DNA from: Thaumarchaeota archaeon UBA223
GTDB lineage: Archaea; Thermoproteota; Nitrososphaeria; Nitrososphaerales; UBA57
Direction: 5' to 3'
NCBI GenBank assembly: GCA_002495905.1
Contig: DAHJ01000035.1
Coordinates: 37,478 to 101,477 of the forward strand
DNA length: 64,000 nt
In this document: positions 18,649 to 28,117 of the stretch, in pieces
Layout of the letters: each line of letters starts with the position of its first letter
Position numbering within the stretch: position 1 is the stretch's first letter
The notes under the pieces: generated by a model
Seen by the model: the letters and a program-made list of their open reading frames with translations, nothing else
What the model was told of the DNA's origin: nothing
Database searches by the model: none
Position numbers and translations under genes: made by a program

Positions 18649-20040
18649 TTAAACTGAATATTCTTTAGTAAAATCTATTATATATCTTAACAGGCGATCG
18701 GAAGATTTTCCATCTCTAAAAGAGCATTGATTATCAACAATTAGGTTACGTCCGTCAGAGTCAAGAGTAGGGTCATTAAGGTAACGATTAATTAATTTAT
18801 TTAGTTCGGTTTCTGAATTAGCAATTTTTACGCCATTAGATTTTACAATATCTATGTAATGGGAATATTGAAAATGTCGTTTAACTGAACGATTAAAATC
18901 AGGCTTAAGATTAGCGTCAAATCCAATATTTACTACAGGCGTATCAAATAAACAAGATTCTATAGTAATAGTAGAGGCAACATTAATCATAACGTCGGCA
19001 TGATGAAGTGTGTTAGATAAAATAGAATAATCAGTAAAATCAGATTTCCAGACATATCCCGAATCTTTGAATTCTTTTGATTCTTTTCCAGGTGTCTGAA
19101 TAATAACGTCAGGTTTATCAAATAAATCCTTGAAATCAGATAAACTACGACGTGGATGAACACGCAAAAGTAATTGGCAAGGGTAATCAAATTCATTATT
19201 CTGAATCATATCGTATATCATTTTAACGATAAATGGTTCAGAATCAGAGAGTTGAGCAGTACCAGTAGCATATAGTAAAATCTTCTTATTTTCTTGGCCA
19301 TTCAAATTTTGAAGAAATTTTTTACGATCAACAAGTAAAGAACTATTAGAATGAATATCGAATTGTGGAACACCTGTAATTAAAACACAGTCATCTGAAT
19401 AATCAAGAAAATTAGTTGCTTCATTTTTCATAATATTATTCCAAACAAGTAATTTATTCAATTTAATTGGAACTTCCCATTTAGAAGTAAGATTATCCCA
19501 ACTTGGAACATAACCAAGAATTGGAAGTTTAGATTTATGAGCATATCTCAGAATAGGATATGTATAAAATGAAAATGGATAAGTAACGAAAACGAAATCA
19601 GGTCGATGTTCATTAAACAAATCTTCATATTCAGAATTATTAAAAAGTGTAGAATCAAACCATTCAAGAATATTTTTTACAGCATTACTTTTTGCAAAAA
19701 GTCGACCTGCTGATTTACGAATTAAAGAAAGAAACGGATGAGAATCATCTAGTTCAGAAATCTTGATCTTAAGGGTTTCAGAATGAGGCTTAGAAGTATC
19801 AGCAAAAACATAATTTCTTAATAAACCAATGGCAATTTCAGATTTTGATCGAGGAATTTTTTTAAGAGTTTTAATTTCTACGTTTGGGTTATTGGATTCA
19901 ATCATATTAGGTTCACAAAGAAGAATGATTTTTAATCCTGAATTAGTAAGAATTTCAAGATTCTTTTCATTAATAATTGATTTCCATCCAATTCCATATG
20001 GAAGAACAATTAACAAAGTTTTATCATTATTGGCTGTCAT
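18649..20040 (-). CDS. Putative GT-B-fold glycosyl- or polyol-phosphate transferase (family uncertain)
   Basis: 463 aa with a two-Rossmann-like layout. LLLRVHPRR and NVASTITIESCLFDTPVVNIG resemble the donor-binding half of GT-B or TagF-like enzymes. The assignment is weak. Confidence 0.4.
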   Translation of the reverse strand: MTANNDKTLLIVLPYGIGWKSIINEKNLEILTNSGLKIILLCEPNMIESNNPNVEIKTLKKIPRSKSEIAIGLLRNYVFADTSKPHSETLKIKISELDDSHPFLSLIRKSAGRLFAKSNAVKNILEWFDSTLFNNSEYEDLFNEHRPDFVFVTYPFSFYTYPILRYAHKSKLPILGYVPSWDNLTSKWEVPIKLNKLLVWNNIMKNEATNFLDYSDDCVLITGVPQFDIHSNSSLLVDRKKFLQNLNGQENKKILLYATGTAQLSDSEPFIVKMIYDMIQNNEFDYPCQLLLRVHPRRSLSDFKDLFDKPDVIIQTPGKESKEFKDSGYVWKSDFTDYSILSNTLHHADVMINVASTITIESCLFDTPVVNIGFDANLKPDFNRSVKRHFQYSHYIDIVKSNGVKIANSETELNKLINRYLNDPTLDSDGRNLIVDNQCSFRDGKSSDRLLRYIIDFTKEYSV

Positions 20041-20103
20041 TTCTCTTTTAAACTGGTGTATGATGGTAAGAAACTTAATTAAAATGTTTCCACAATATTA
20101 ATC

Positions 20104-21441
20104 GTGAATCAGAAGCAGATACACGAATTACCCAGTAATATCAAATTAGGAAATAAGAAATTATCAATATATGGAATTGGATTTGTAGGAACTGCTATTG
20201 CCTCAACATGGTTAAGAGCAGGAGCTTCTATAATCGCAGTTGATAAGAAAAGCAAATTGGTAAATGAAATAAACAATAAAAAGACAACTAACTCAGAACC
20301 AAAAGCAAAAGAAGCATTTTTAGAAGGCATAAACAATAAGAAATTAATAGCGACGTCAAATGGTAAATGGGCGTCAAAGAATTCAGATATTAAAATTATT
20401 TCAGTTCCTGTAGGATTAGATAAAAGAACAGCAGACTTAAGATTCCTATATGAAGTTGTAGATGACATAATTACTGGATTGAAAAAAGATGACATAATAA
20501 TTGTTACGCCAACAGTGCCGATAGGAACTTCAACAAAAATTATTAAATTAATTGAAAATAAAACAAGATTATCAGTTGAAAAAGATTTCTTTTTCATTTA
20601 TAATCCAGAGAGAATATCAGCAGGTCAGGCAATAAGTGATATAGAGAATAATTATCCACCAATATTATCAGGATCTGGAAAAACAAGTATAAAGATAGCA
20701 AATAAGATGTTTGGAATAATTTCGTCGAAAAAACCAATTATTATGTCGTGTACTGAAGCAGCTGAGGCTGAGAAATTAATTGAAGGATTATACAGAGACG
20801 TAAACATTGCATTAGCAAATGAATTATCTGTATTTTGCGAGAAATTAGGAATAGATTTTTGGGAAATTAGAGATGCTGCGAATTCACAACCGTACAGTCA
20901 ACTTCATAAACCTGGAATAGGAGTAGGAGGATATTGCATTCCAGTATATCCCTGGCTATTAACGCAAACTGCAATTGACAAAGGAATTAATGTGAATTTT
21001 CCATTATTGGGAAGATACACTAATGAAAAGATGCCAGAATATTCCGTAAACCGAATTATGTCAAAGATTGGAAAGAAAAAGAACATAACGGCATTGATTC
21101 TAGGGTTAAGTTTTAGAGGAAATGTAGCAGATAATCGAATTTCTCCAACATATGATGTTGTTAAAGAGTTAATGAAAAAGAAAGTAAAGATAAGAGTTCA
21201 TGATCCATTTTTTGATTATGATCCACTATTGCCAAAACAAGTAAAGCTAAGTTGTGAATTGGACAAAGTAATTTCTGGAGTAGACGTAATAATAATCTCA
21301 ACAGATCATAATGAATACAAGGAGATTGACGAAGAATATATAATAAAGAAATCTAAGAAAAAACCAATGATTTTTGATGGAAGAAATATATTAAACCAAG
21401 ATGATTTTAAGAAATTAAAAATACTAACAATTGGAAAATAA
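20104..21441 (+). CDS. Nucleotide-sugar dehydrogenase (UDP-ManNAc/UDP-Glc dehydrogenase family)
   Basis: It has LSIYGIGFVGTAIA (Rossmann), YNPERISAG and KPGIGVGGYCIPVYP (catalytic Cys). The start is GTG. Confidence 0.85.
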   Translation: MNQKQIHELPSNIKLGNKKLSIYGIGFVGTAIASTWLRAGASIIAVDKKSKLVNEINNKKTTNSEPKAKEAFLEGINNKKLIATSNGKWASKNSDIKIISVPVGLDKRTADLRFLYEVVDDIITGLKKDDIIIVTPTVPIGTSTKIIKLIENKTRLSVEKDFFFIYNPERISAGQAISDIENNYPPILSGSGKTSIKIANKMFGIISSKKPIIMSCTEAAEAEKLIEGLYRDVNIALANELSVFCEKLGIDFWEIRDAANSQPYSQLHKPGIGVGGYCIPVYPWLLTQTAIDKGINVNFPLLGRYTNEKMPEYSVNRIMSKIGKKKNITALILGLSFRGNVADNRISPTYDVVKELMKKKVKIRVHDPFFDYDPLLPKQVKLSCELDKVISGVDVIIISTDHNEYKEIDEEYIIKKSKKKPMIFDGRNILNQDDFKKLKILTIGK

Positions 21442-22137
21442 TCAACTATTGAATTCTTTTTGAGCTTCTTCAATATCTTTATGACTATCAATAGAACGCC
21501 ATTTTACATTATTTTGTTTTATTGCAGATAATTTATTTTCAGTGGCAAGAATAGGAAAAACATCAGACTCAAGACTGCCAACGTCAGATAAATAATTGAA
21601 GATATTATTTGAAAAACAATAAATTCCTGCATTAATCCAATGGTCGTCAAGGATTGGTTTCTCAGTAAAACTAGATATTAGACCATCATCTTGAATTTCA
21701 ATTTCACCAAATGGACTTCTTAATGCAACAACTGCGATAGTGCCAATCAAATCATCGTTAAGATTGTGAATCAAACTACTAGGATCAATATTTGTCATTA
21801 TATCCCCATTCATAACTAGAAAACTAGATTCTGATTCAAGTAATGAACGTGATTGCATTAATGCGCCACCAGTGCCAAGAGGTTCGTCTTCTTTAGAATA
21901 CTCAATATTAACTTCTAATTGTTCTCCATTTCCAAAATACTCAATAATATTATCTCCCAAATAGCCAGTACAAAGGACAAAATCACGAATGTTATGGGAT
22001 TTAAGCCAAGTAATCTGCCATTCAAGAATAGGCTTGTCAGAAATAGGAATCATAGGTTTTGGTTTATCGTCAGTAAGAGGCCTAAGGCGTTTTCCCATTC
22101 CGCCTGCGAGAATAAGTGCTTTCATAATATATTTCAA
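21442..22137 (-). CDS. Sugar-1-phosphate nucleotidyltransferase
   Basis: It has the ALILAGGMGKRLRPLTDDKPKPMIP signature. 231 aa. Confidence 0.85.
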   Translation of the reverse strand: MKYIMKALILAGGMGKRLRPLTDDKPKPMIPISDKPILEWQITWLKSHNIRDFVLCTGYLGDNIIEYFGNGEQLEVNIEYSKEDEPLGTGGALMQSRSLLESESSFLVMNGDIMTNIDPSSLIHNLNDDLIGTIAVVALRSPFGEIEIQDDGLISSFTEKPILDDHWINAGIYCFSNNIFNYLSDVGSLESDVFPILATENKLSAIKQNNVKWRSIDSHKDIEEAQKEFNS

Positions 22138-22203
22138 TAATTATTAACTATAGTTAATCTTTATCCAAAACACATATCTTTTCTTAGGTATTTGTTATAA
22201 TTA

Positions 22204-22761
22204 ATGTTTGAAATTGACGATATTGTAAGGTTAAGAAAGCAATTAGGACTAACACAGACAGAATTAGCTAAACTGTCAGGAGTAAGTCAATCATTGATTA
22301 CAAAAATGGAGGCTAAAAAAGTAGAACCGGCTTATTCAAAAGTAAAGATATTGATAGAAACTTTACAGAAGCAGGAACGAAGAGATGGAGATAAGAGAAC
22401 TGCCAAAAGTATATGTTCAAAAACTGTAAAAGGAATAGATAAAAAAGAAACATTAAAAGACGCCGCAAAAAAAATTCGTGAAAAGAATATATCACAATTA
22501 CCAGTTTTTGACAAGACTAACATAATAGGAAGTTTATCGGAAAAAACTATTTTACGAGAATTATCTGAATCTGGCTCGCCAGATGAGGCATTTGCAAAAA
22601 AAGTGATAGATGTAATGGATCCTTCGTTTCCGACTGTTGATGCAAATACGCCGGTTGAATTACTATATCAAATGTTAGAGTTCTATGAAGCAGTAGTAGT
22701 CGCTGAAAAGGCGAAAGTAATAGGAATTGTAACAAGAAGTGATTTATTCAAATTAAAATAG
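22204..22761 (+). CDS. XRE-type HTH plus CBS-pair domain regulator
   Basis: The N-terminus has LRKQLGLTQTELAKLSGVSQSLITKME (HTH_3). The C-terminus has CBS motifs (ISQLPVFD, VVVAEKAKVIGIVTRSD). Confidence 0.8.
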   Translation: MFEIDDIVRLRKQLGLTQTELAKLSGVSQSLITKMEAKKVEPAYSKVKILIETLQKQERRDGDKRTAKSICSKTVKGIDKKETLKDAAKKIREKNISQLPVFDKTNIIGSLSEKTILRELSESGSPDEAFAKKVIDVMDPSFPTVDANTPVELLYQMLEFYEAVVVAEKAKVIGIVTRSDLFKLK

Positions 22762-22810
22762 ATGAAGAAATACTTTTAATATAGACATTTACAGAACAAT
22801 AAGAATAGAA

Positions 22811-23749
22811 TTGATTAATTATTGGATTGCAGGAATTTATCCTCGAAATGCGAAACTTATTGAATCAACAAGATTATATGATAAAACATTAAAAGAACAA
22901 TTCAAAAAAGAGAAATCAAGATTATTAAAAATCCAATCAGATAATAAATTAGATTTTATTTCAGATCCATTAATAGATTGGGATGATAATTTAAGGCCAT
23001 TTACAAATAGTTTGAGAGGAATAGAAAGAGGTCCATTAACTAGATACTATGAGAATAATACTTTTTATCGTCAGCCAATAATTAAGAGTAAAATAGGAAC
23101 ATCAGGAAACATATTAAAAAATAGTATATGTTTTGATTTATTTAATAAAAAATCAAAAGTTAAAATCGACATATTAGATCCATTTACATTCTATGATTTA
23201 TCTGCAAATGAATTTTACAAATCAGAAGAAGAAGCAGTAAATGCATTTGCAGGAATAATTAAGAAAGAACTCATTTCAATCAAAAATAACGTGAAATTAA
23301 TCCAGTTCAATGCTCCGTCATTAGCACGAGTTGTAGAGAGAGATAGATTAAACATGGTCAAAAAAGCAATCGAGAATATAGTTAGAGGCATAGATACAAA
23401 AACATGTTTGAATCTTTGGGGTTCAGATATATCCAATACATTTGAAGAATTTCAGGAGTTTCCAACAGACATCATAGGTATAGATTTTACATCGACAAGA
23501 GTAGATAGATTTGATAAGATAAAAATGAAAAAAGGTTTAGCTTGTGGATTAATTGATGCAAAAAATACCAAAATGGAAAAGTCTGCAGATGTCATTAGAG
23601 AATTAAGGAATATAAAAAATGTATTTAATCCTGAATCAATATCAATTACATCAAGTTGGGATTTTGAATTCATACCAGAATCATTTGCTGATAGGAAATT
23701 ACAAATAATGAAACAAATAAAAGAAAAAAGTAAGATGATGAAACTATGA
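22811..23749 (+). CDS. MetE-like (UROD/MetE fold) protein lacking the zinc/catalytic residues
   Basis: 312 aa. It is collinear with the downstream MetE-type gene but has no HxC or DCG motif (TCLNLWGSD and ITSSWDFEF instead). It overlaps the next gene by 4 nt. Confidence 0.55.
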   Translation: MINYWIAGIYPRNAKLIESTRLYDKTLKEQFKKEKSRLLKIQSDNKLDFISDPLIDWDDNLRPFTNSLRGIERGPLTRYYENNTFYRQPIIKSKIGTSGNILKNSICFDLFNKKSKVKIDILDPFTFYDLSANEFYKSEEEAVNAFAGIIKKELISIKNNVKLIQFNAPSLARVVERDRLNMVKKAIENIVRGIDTKTCLNLWGSDISNTFEEFQEFPTDIIGIDFTSTRVDRFDKIKMKKGLACGLIDAKNTKMEKSADVIRELRNIKNVFNPESISITSSWDFEFIPESFADRKLQIMKQIKEKSKMMKL

Positions 23750-24762
23750 AGAAATTTCCACTTGCAACTCAAGAAATAGGCAGTATAAGAAAACCAAGAT
23801 GGTTAGTCAAGCTATTACAAGACAAAAATGTTTCAGATGAAGTTAAAGAAGAAGCAAGAAGCGATGTTGCATTATTGAATTTGAAATTATTCGAAGATAT
23901 TGGGTTGGATGTAATCTATGATGGAGAAGCAAGGAGAGTAGAAATGTATGAATATAGCATAAGAAGAATAGAAGGATTACAATTAGCTGGAAAGATTAGA
24001 TCATGGGATAATAAATATTATAATAAAGGGCGTTGTACAAAGAAGGTCAAATATACAGGACCGTATCATGTAGACGAGTTTTTGTTTGTGAAAGAAAATG
24101 CAAATAGAATGATAAAATTACCGATAACAGGTGCATATACTTTAGCAGATTGGTCATATAATGAAGCGTATAAATCAAAAGAAGATTTCACAATAGATTT
24201 AGCTAGAAAAGTAATTAGACCATTGATTAAAGATTTAGTTAAAACTGGTGCAGATTTTATTCAAATTGATGAACCTGCAGCAACAACCCATCCAGATGAA
24301 ATGCAATTAGTAGTAGATTCATTTAATGAATCAATTAAAGGAATTAATGCAAAATTTGGAATACACATATGCTATAGTGAAGATTATTCAAATATGTATC
24401 CAGAAGTACTTGAAATGAAGAATCATCAATATGAATTGGAATTTGCTAATAGAGATTCTTGGAATAAAGGAATAAATCATTCTAACAGAAATGGCTATGA
24501 ATCATTCCTAAAGACGTTTAGGGAGTATGGAGAGAAAAAGGAAATTGGGTTAGGAGTATTAGATGTACACGTAGATGAAATAGAATCACCAGAATTAGTT
24601 AGAGATAGAATATTATATGCAGTAAAAATGACAGATAACCCCAATTTAGTACATGTAAATCCTGATTGTGGACTTAGAACTAGATCTAGAGAAACATCAT
24701 TTGCAAAATTAAAGAACATGGTAATTGGTACAGAAATGGCCAAAAAGAAGTTACAACTATAA
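23746..24762 (+). CDS. metE: Cobalamin-independent methionine synthase catalytic-domain protein (core MetE)
   Basis: It has the zinc-site pattern GIHICYSE (HxC), ELEFANRD and NPDCGLRTR. 338 aa, a single domain. Confidence 0.8.
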   Translation: MKKFPLATQEIGSIRKPRWLVKLLQDKNVSDEVKEEARSDVALLNLKLFEDIGLDVIYDGEARRVEMYEYSIRRIEGLQLAGKIRSWDNKYYNKGRCTKKVKYTGPYHVDEFLFVKENANRMIKLPITGAYTLADWSYNEAYKSKEDFTIDLARKVIRPLIKDLVKTGADFIQIDEPAATTHPDEMQLVVDSFNESIKGINAKFGIHICYSEDYSNMYPEVLEMKNHQYELEFANRDSWNKGINHSNRNGYESFLKTFREYGEKKEIGLGVLDVHVDEIESPELVRDRILYAVKMTDNPNLVHVNPDCGLRTRSRETSFAKLKNMVIGTEMAKKKLQL

Positions 24763-24763
24763 T

Positions 24764-26203
24764 CTAATCAGACTTAGAATTAGTAATTGTTGGTACGGCA
24801 GCATCTGCTTCTTTAGCTGCTTTAGCCGCTTCTTCCTTAGCAGCTTTCTCAGCTTCAATTACTTTTGGATTATAAGAACGATAAACATGAGCAATTATGC
24901 CAAATATGCAGAATATAGCGCCAGTTTCAAAGAGTGCAAGTGCCCATAAACCTCCCTGATATGCCATCAATGCCATTCCGTTTAGGATAATTTCAAAGAT
25001 AACAAGTAAAATTAAGACGGCATAAGTCCAGAAAGTGTTCAGAATAATCGGGGTTTGTTTTGTAGGTACAGCTTTTTGTCCAGGAACTACTAGAGCAGCA
25101 CGTGCTTTTAAGAAACCATATACAACAACAAAGCTAAGAACAACACTAACTAACAAAACACCGTAAAATGGAACAGGTTCAACAAAGAGTCTATCGTCAA
25201 GATTTTTAGTAGGATCTGGATTTACATAAAATCCCCAAATAGTTGTGATGAAGACTTGAGAAATACTTGCGATTCCTAAAGCAGAGAAGAATGGACGATC
25301 TTTCCATGAAATTTTTCTGCTATGATCAATGAACGGAACAAATAAGAACATGGCAATTAAGAGAGCAGGTAACAAACCTCCGGTAATAAACTTATCAAAG
25401 CCCGTCCGAATAAACGCATATAATCCTGTCAGATACCATTCAGGAACAGTAATTCCTGGAGGGTGGTTAGGATCGAATTTTACTCCCATTTCAACAGGGA
25501 ATATACCTCCAGTGATAAGAATAACTCCAACCATAACAGACCACATAGGAAGGTCGAAAACAAGGAAACGAGGGAAATGTACAAACATGAGAATTCCCAT
25601 AACAATAGGAATTATAAATACGTGAAGTGCATAAAGTCGAATTAAGAAATCAGAGAATCCTTGACCCCAAATCATTTGAGCAAGTTGTGGACCTACGATT
25701 GGACTAAATACAGTCAATGAAACTCCAATACTTACAGCTAGTTCGGCTCTGTCATTAAATAGCAAATTATAACCTGTGAAAGCTTCAAGAATAGTAATTA
25801 CTCCAAGAACCATACCAGTAACCCAGATCATTTCATTCTTGATTTTATATCGACCGCTGAAATATTGATAGTAAAGGTGTAAAACAGCCATAAAGACCAT
25901 AGCATTTGATGCATGATAATGAATATTACGGATAGCAAATCCATATGGAATTTCCTCGTCTATAAATTCAACACTGTCAAACGCTCCTTCAATTCCTGGA
26001 ACATAAAATAACATTAAGAAAGCGCCAGTTATACCAAGAAGTAAGAACAAACAAAAAGTTAACATTCCACTGTAACCCATAGGGCTTAAGAATTTTTGTG
26101 GCATTGTAAATTTTAATCCCCAGAAAACAGTTCGATTTAATCTGTTTACAGTATAATCCCAAAACTTTGAGATGAGACCGGGTTTTTTAGACGTAGCGGC
26201 CAA
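24764..26203 (-). CDS. Cytochrome b (b6 plus subunit IV-like, complex III analogue)
   Basis: 479 aa and polytopic. It has RNIHYHASNAMVFMAVLHLYYQYF (haem-ligand His pairs), a PEWY motif (TVPEWYL) and a charged A/K/E-rich tail. Confidence 0.85.
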   Translation of the reverse strand: MAATSKKPGLISKFWDYTVNRLNRTVFWGLKFTMPQKFLSPMGYSGMLTFCLFLLLGITGAFLMLFYVPGIEGAFDSVEFIDEEIPYGFAIRNIHYHASNAMVFMAVLHLYYQYFSGRYKIKNEMIWVTGMVLGVITILEAFTGYNLLFNDRAELAVSIGVSLTVFSPIVGPQLAQMIWGQGFSDFLIRLYALHVFIIPIVMGILMFVHFPRFLVFDLPMWSVMVGVILITGGIFPVEMGVKFDPNHPPGITVPEWYLTGLYAFIRTGFDKFITGGLLPALLIAMFLFVPFIDHSRKISWKDRPFFSALGIASISQVFITTIWGFYVNPDPTKNLDDRLFVEPVPFYGVLLVSVVLSFVVVYGFLKARAALVVPGQKAVPTKQTPIILNTFWTYAVLILLVIFEIILNGMALMAYQGGLWALALFETGAIFCIFGIIAHVYRSYNPKVIEAEKAAKEEAAKAAKEADAAVPTITNSKSD

Positions 26204-26957
26204 GTCCTACAACTCCATCAGCTTCTAAAGCAGTATCAGGTGGAAGAACCCATATATCTCCATTTTCGTCAACCTCAAGAGGAAGAGTTGGAAGTGCGTC
26301 ATTAGGTTTAGATTGTTTAATAGCAGGTCCTTTATGAGATAATCCATCTCGAACATCATAATTACTTCCATGACATGGGCATTCAATATTACCAGTAAAT
26401 TTTTCACCGTTAACTTCTACTTCACGGCCTTCGATATAATCCCAAAGACACCACATGTGAACACAAACCATACTATAAATTCTAAATGAAGAAGCATCAT
26501 TGGATTCACCGCCTAAATCTGGTGCAAGTCTAATTAATTGATAACGACGGAATGGTTCGGAATCTTTTTCTACGTCACCAGTTCTTGGAAATGGAAAGAT
26601 AACAGAGCTATCAGGTTGCATATCAGAAACATTAACAAAGGATCCTGTTTCGGCATTCATAATCTTTTGTCGAACAGGTTCAGTACCTCCCAAAGTAGCA
26701 GTAAAGAATGAACCATAAGGAATGAAAGGAGTAAGTCCCAAAATTCCACCTGCCGTTGCAATTACTTTAAGAAAGTTTCTTCGTTCTTTTGAAGGCGGTC
26801 CGTCAACAGATTCTTCAGGTGACGAATCTTTGGCAATTGAAGTTTGTGGTTCTTCTTGACTAACAGGAGGCGTTGTATTACTATCTGAAGAAGTTACTTG
26901 AGTATCAGCACTAGCATTTTGATTGTCAGATTGTTGATTTTTTTCTTCTTCCGCCAT
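26187..26957 (-). CDS. Rieske 2Fe-2S protein with a twin-arginine motif
   Basis: It has CVHMWC (CxH box I), CPCHGSNY (CxCH box II) and RRNFLK followed by a hydrophobic segment. It overlaps cytochrome b by 17 nt. Confidence 0.9.
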   Translation of the reverse strand: MAEEEKNQQSDNQNASADTQVTSSDSNTTPPVSQEEPQTSIAKDSSPEESVDGPPSKERRNFLKVIATAGGILGLTPFIPYGSFFTATLGGTEPVRQKIMNAETGSFVNVSDMQPDSSVIFPFPRTGDVEKDSEPFRRYQLIRLAPDLGGESNDASSFRIYSMVCVHMWCLWDYIEGREVEVNGEKFTGNIECPCHGSNYDVRDGLSHKGPAIKQSKPNDALPTLPLEVDENGDIWVLPPDTALEADGVVGLGRYV

Positions 26958-27076
26958 TTACAAACCCACTAGTCTAGAATCAATAATCATCAAAGAGTAT
27001 ATATATTTATTTTCTTTGTTGCCAAAAATGACATAAAGATACGATATTTATAAGCAGCTTCTTTTTAAAAACAACT

Positions 27077-27532
27077 GTGTCACAGACGTCGAAAATAGCC
27101 GGGCCAATTTTTGTAATATGTATATTAGCGGCAGTAGCAGGTTTTGTATGGTTCCAATTTGTATATATGCCTGAAATAAATAAAGAAATAGAGATTCCAG
27201 AAGAGTTCTTGAATCCTTCAGAAACCACAATAATAGACATAGCATTAGGATCAATTGATCAAGATCAAGTTGATAATTTCGTACCAAATGCTATTTCAGT
27301 AACTTTGGGTGAAAATAACAGGGTAACATGGATAAATATTGACTCAGTAATTCACACGGTCACTGCAGAAGTTGGTAAAGAATTTGAAAAAGCAGCAGGA
27401 AATGCAAATTACATAGATCCAGACGGAGGAGAATTTACTTTTCTGTTTGTTGAAGCAGGAGAATATACGTATTTCTGCGCACCTCATCCTTGGATGAGAG
27501 GGGCAGTAACAGTAGTAGAACCTGCAGAATAG
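27077..27532 (+). CDS. Type 1 blue copper protein (amicyanin/plastocyanin-like cupredoxin) with an N-terminal membrane anchor
   Basis: The ligand pattern is VIHTV ... YFCAPHPWMRGAVTV (C-x2-H-x2-M as in amicyanin). The start is GTG. Confidence 0.85.
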   Translation: MSQTSKIAGPIFVICILAAVAGFVWFQFVYMPEINKEIEIPEEFLNPSETTIIDIALGSIDQDQVDNFVPNAISVTLGENNRVTWINIDSVIHTVTAEVGKEFEKAAGNANYIDPDGGEFTFLFVEAGEYTYFCAPHPWMRGAVTVVEPAE

Positions 27533-27536
27533 AAAA

Positions 27537-28103
27537 TTATTTTATTAATTTTGCACGTGCAAATAATTTAGCAAGTCTTAGTGGTTCAGGTAAAGAACCT
27601 TGTAAAGTAAATTTATCTAAGATTTTTTTTGCGTCAGATAAAGAAATACCAGAAGATTGTATGTAAATTGAATATTCAGTTTTCATGATAATTTTTTGAG
27701 AGATGTCATTTTTAGTATAAGTTTTTAATTTATTTTTCCATGAATTTGGAAATTTTGTCATAAAATTATTTTCAAGGTTTTTTGGTGATTTAAGAGATAC
27801 AGAGACAATTGGAAGATTAAGTGATTTATTTAAGAGATTTAGATCTACCACATTGTAACTACTCATGATAGAACCAAGAATTAATATACAATTAATATCG
27901 TCTCTATTAATTTTTTCATACATTAATAAAATATTTTCAGTAACATCATCGCCACCTACTGTAGATTCTCCATATATAGAACCGTCAACAACAAGATCGC
28001 TTCGCATAATTACAGAACATAAGGTTGACTTTTTTGAATTAGGAAAATAACATTCTGCAATGCCCATAGCACGAAGTGCTTGTTTTTCAAGATGAATTTT
28101 CAT
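27537..28103 (-). CDS. DUF99 (UPF0215) family protein
   Basis: The pattern LRAMGIAECYF...VVDGSIYGESTVGGDDVTE...ILILGSIMSSYNVVDL...LPIVSV matches my recollection of DUF99. Confidence 0.6.
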   Translation of the reverse strand: MKIHLEKQALRAMGIAECYFPNSKKSTLCSVIMRSDLVVDGSIYGESTVGGDDVTENILLMYEKINRDDINCILILGSIMSSYNVVDLNLLNKSLNLPIVSVSLKSPKNLENNFMTKFPNSWKNKLKTYTKNDISQKIIMKTEYSIYIQSSGISLSDAKKILDKFTLQGSLPEPLRLAKLFARAKLIK

Positions 28104-28117
28104 AAGGATTTAAGAAA

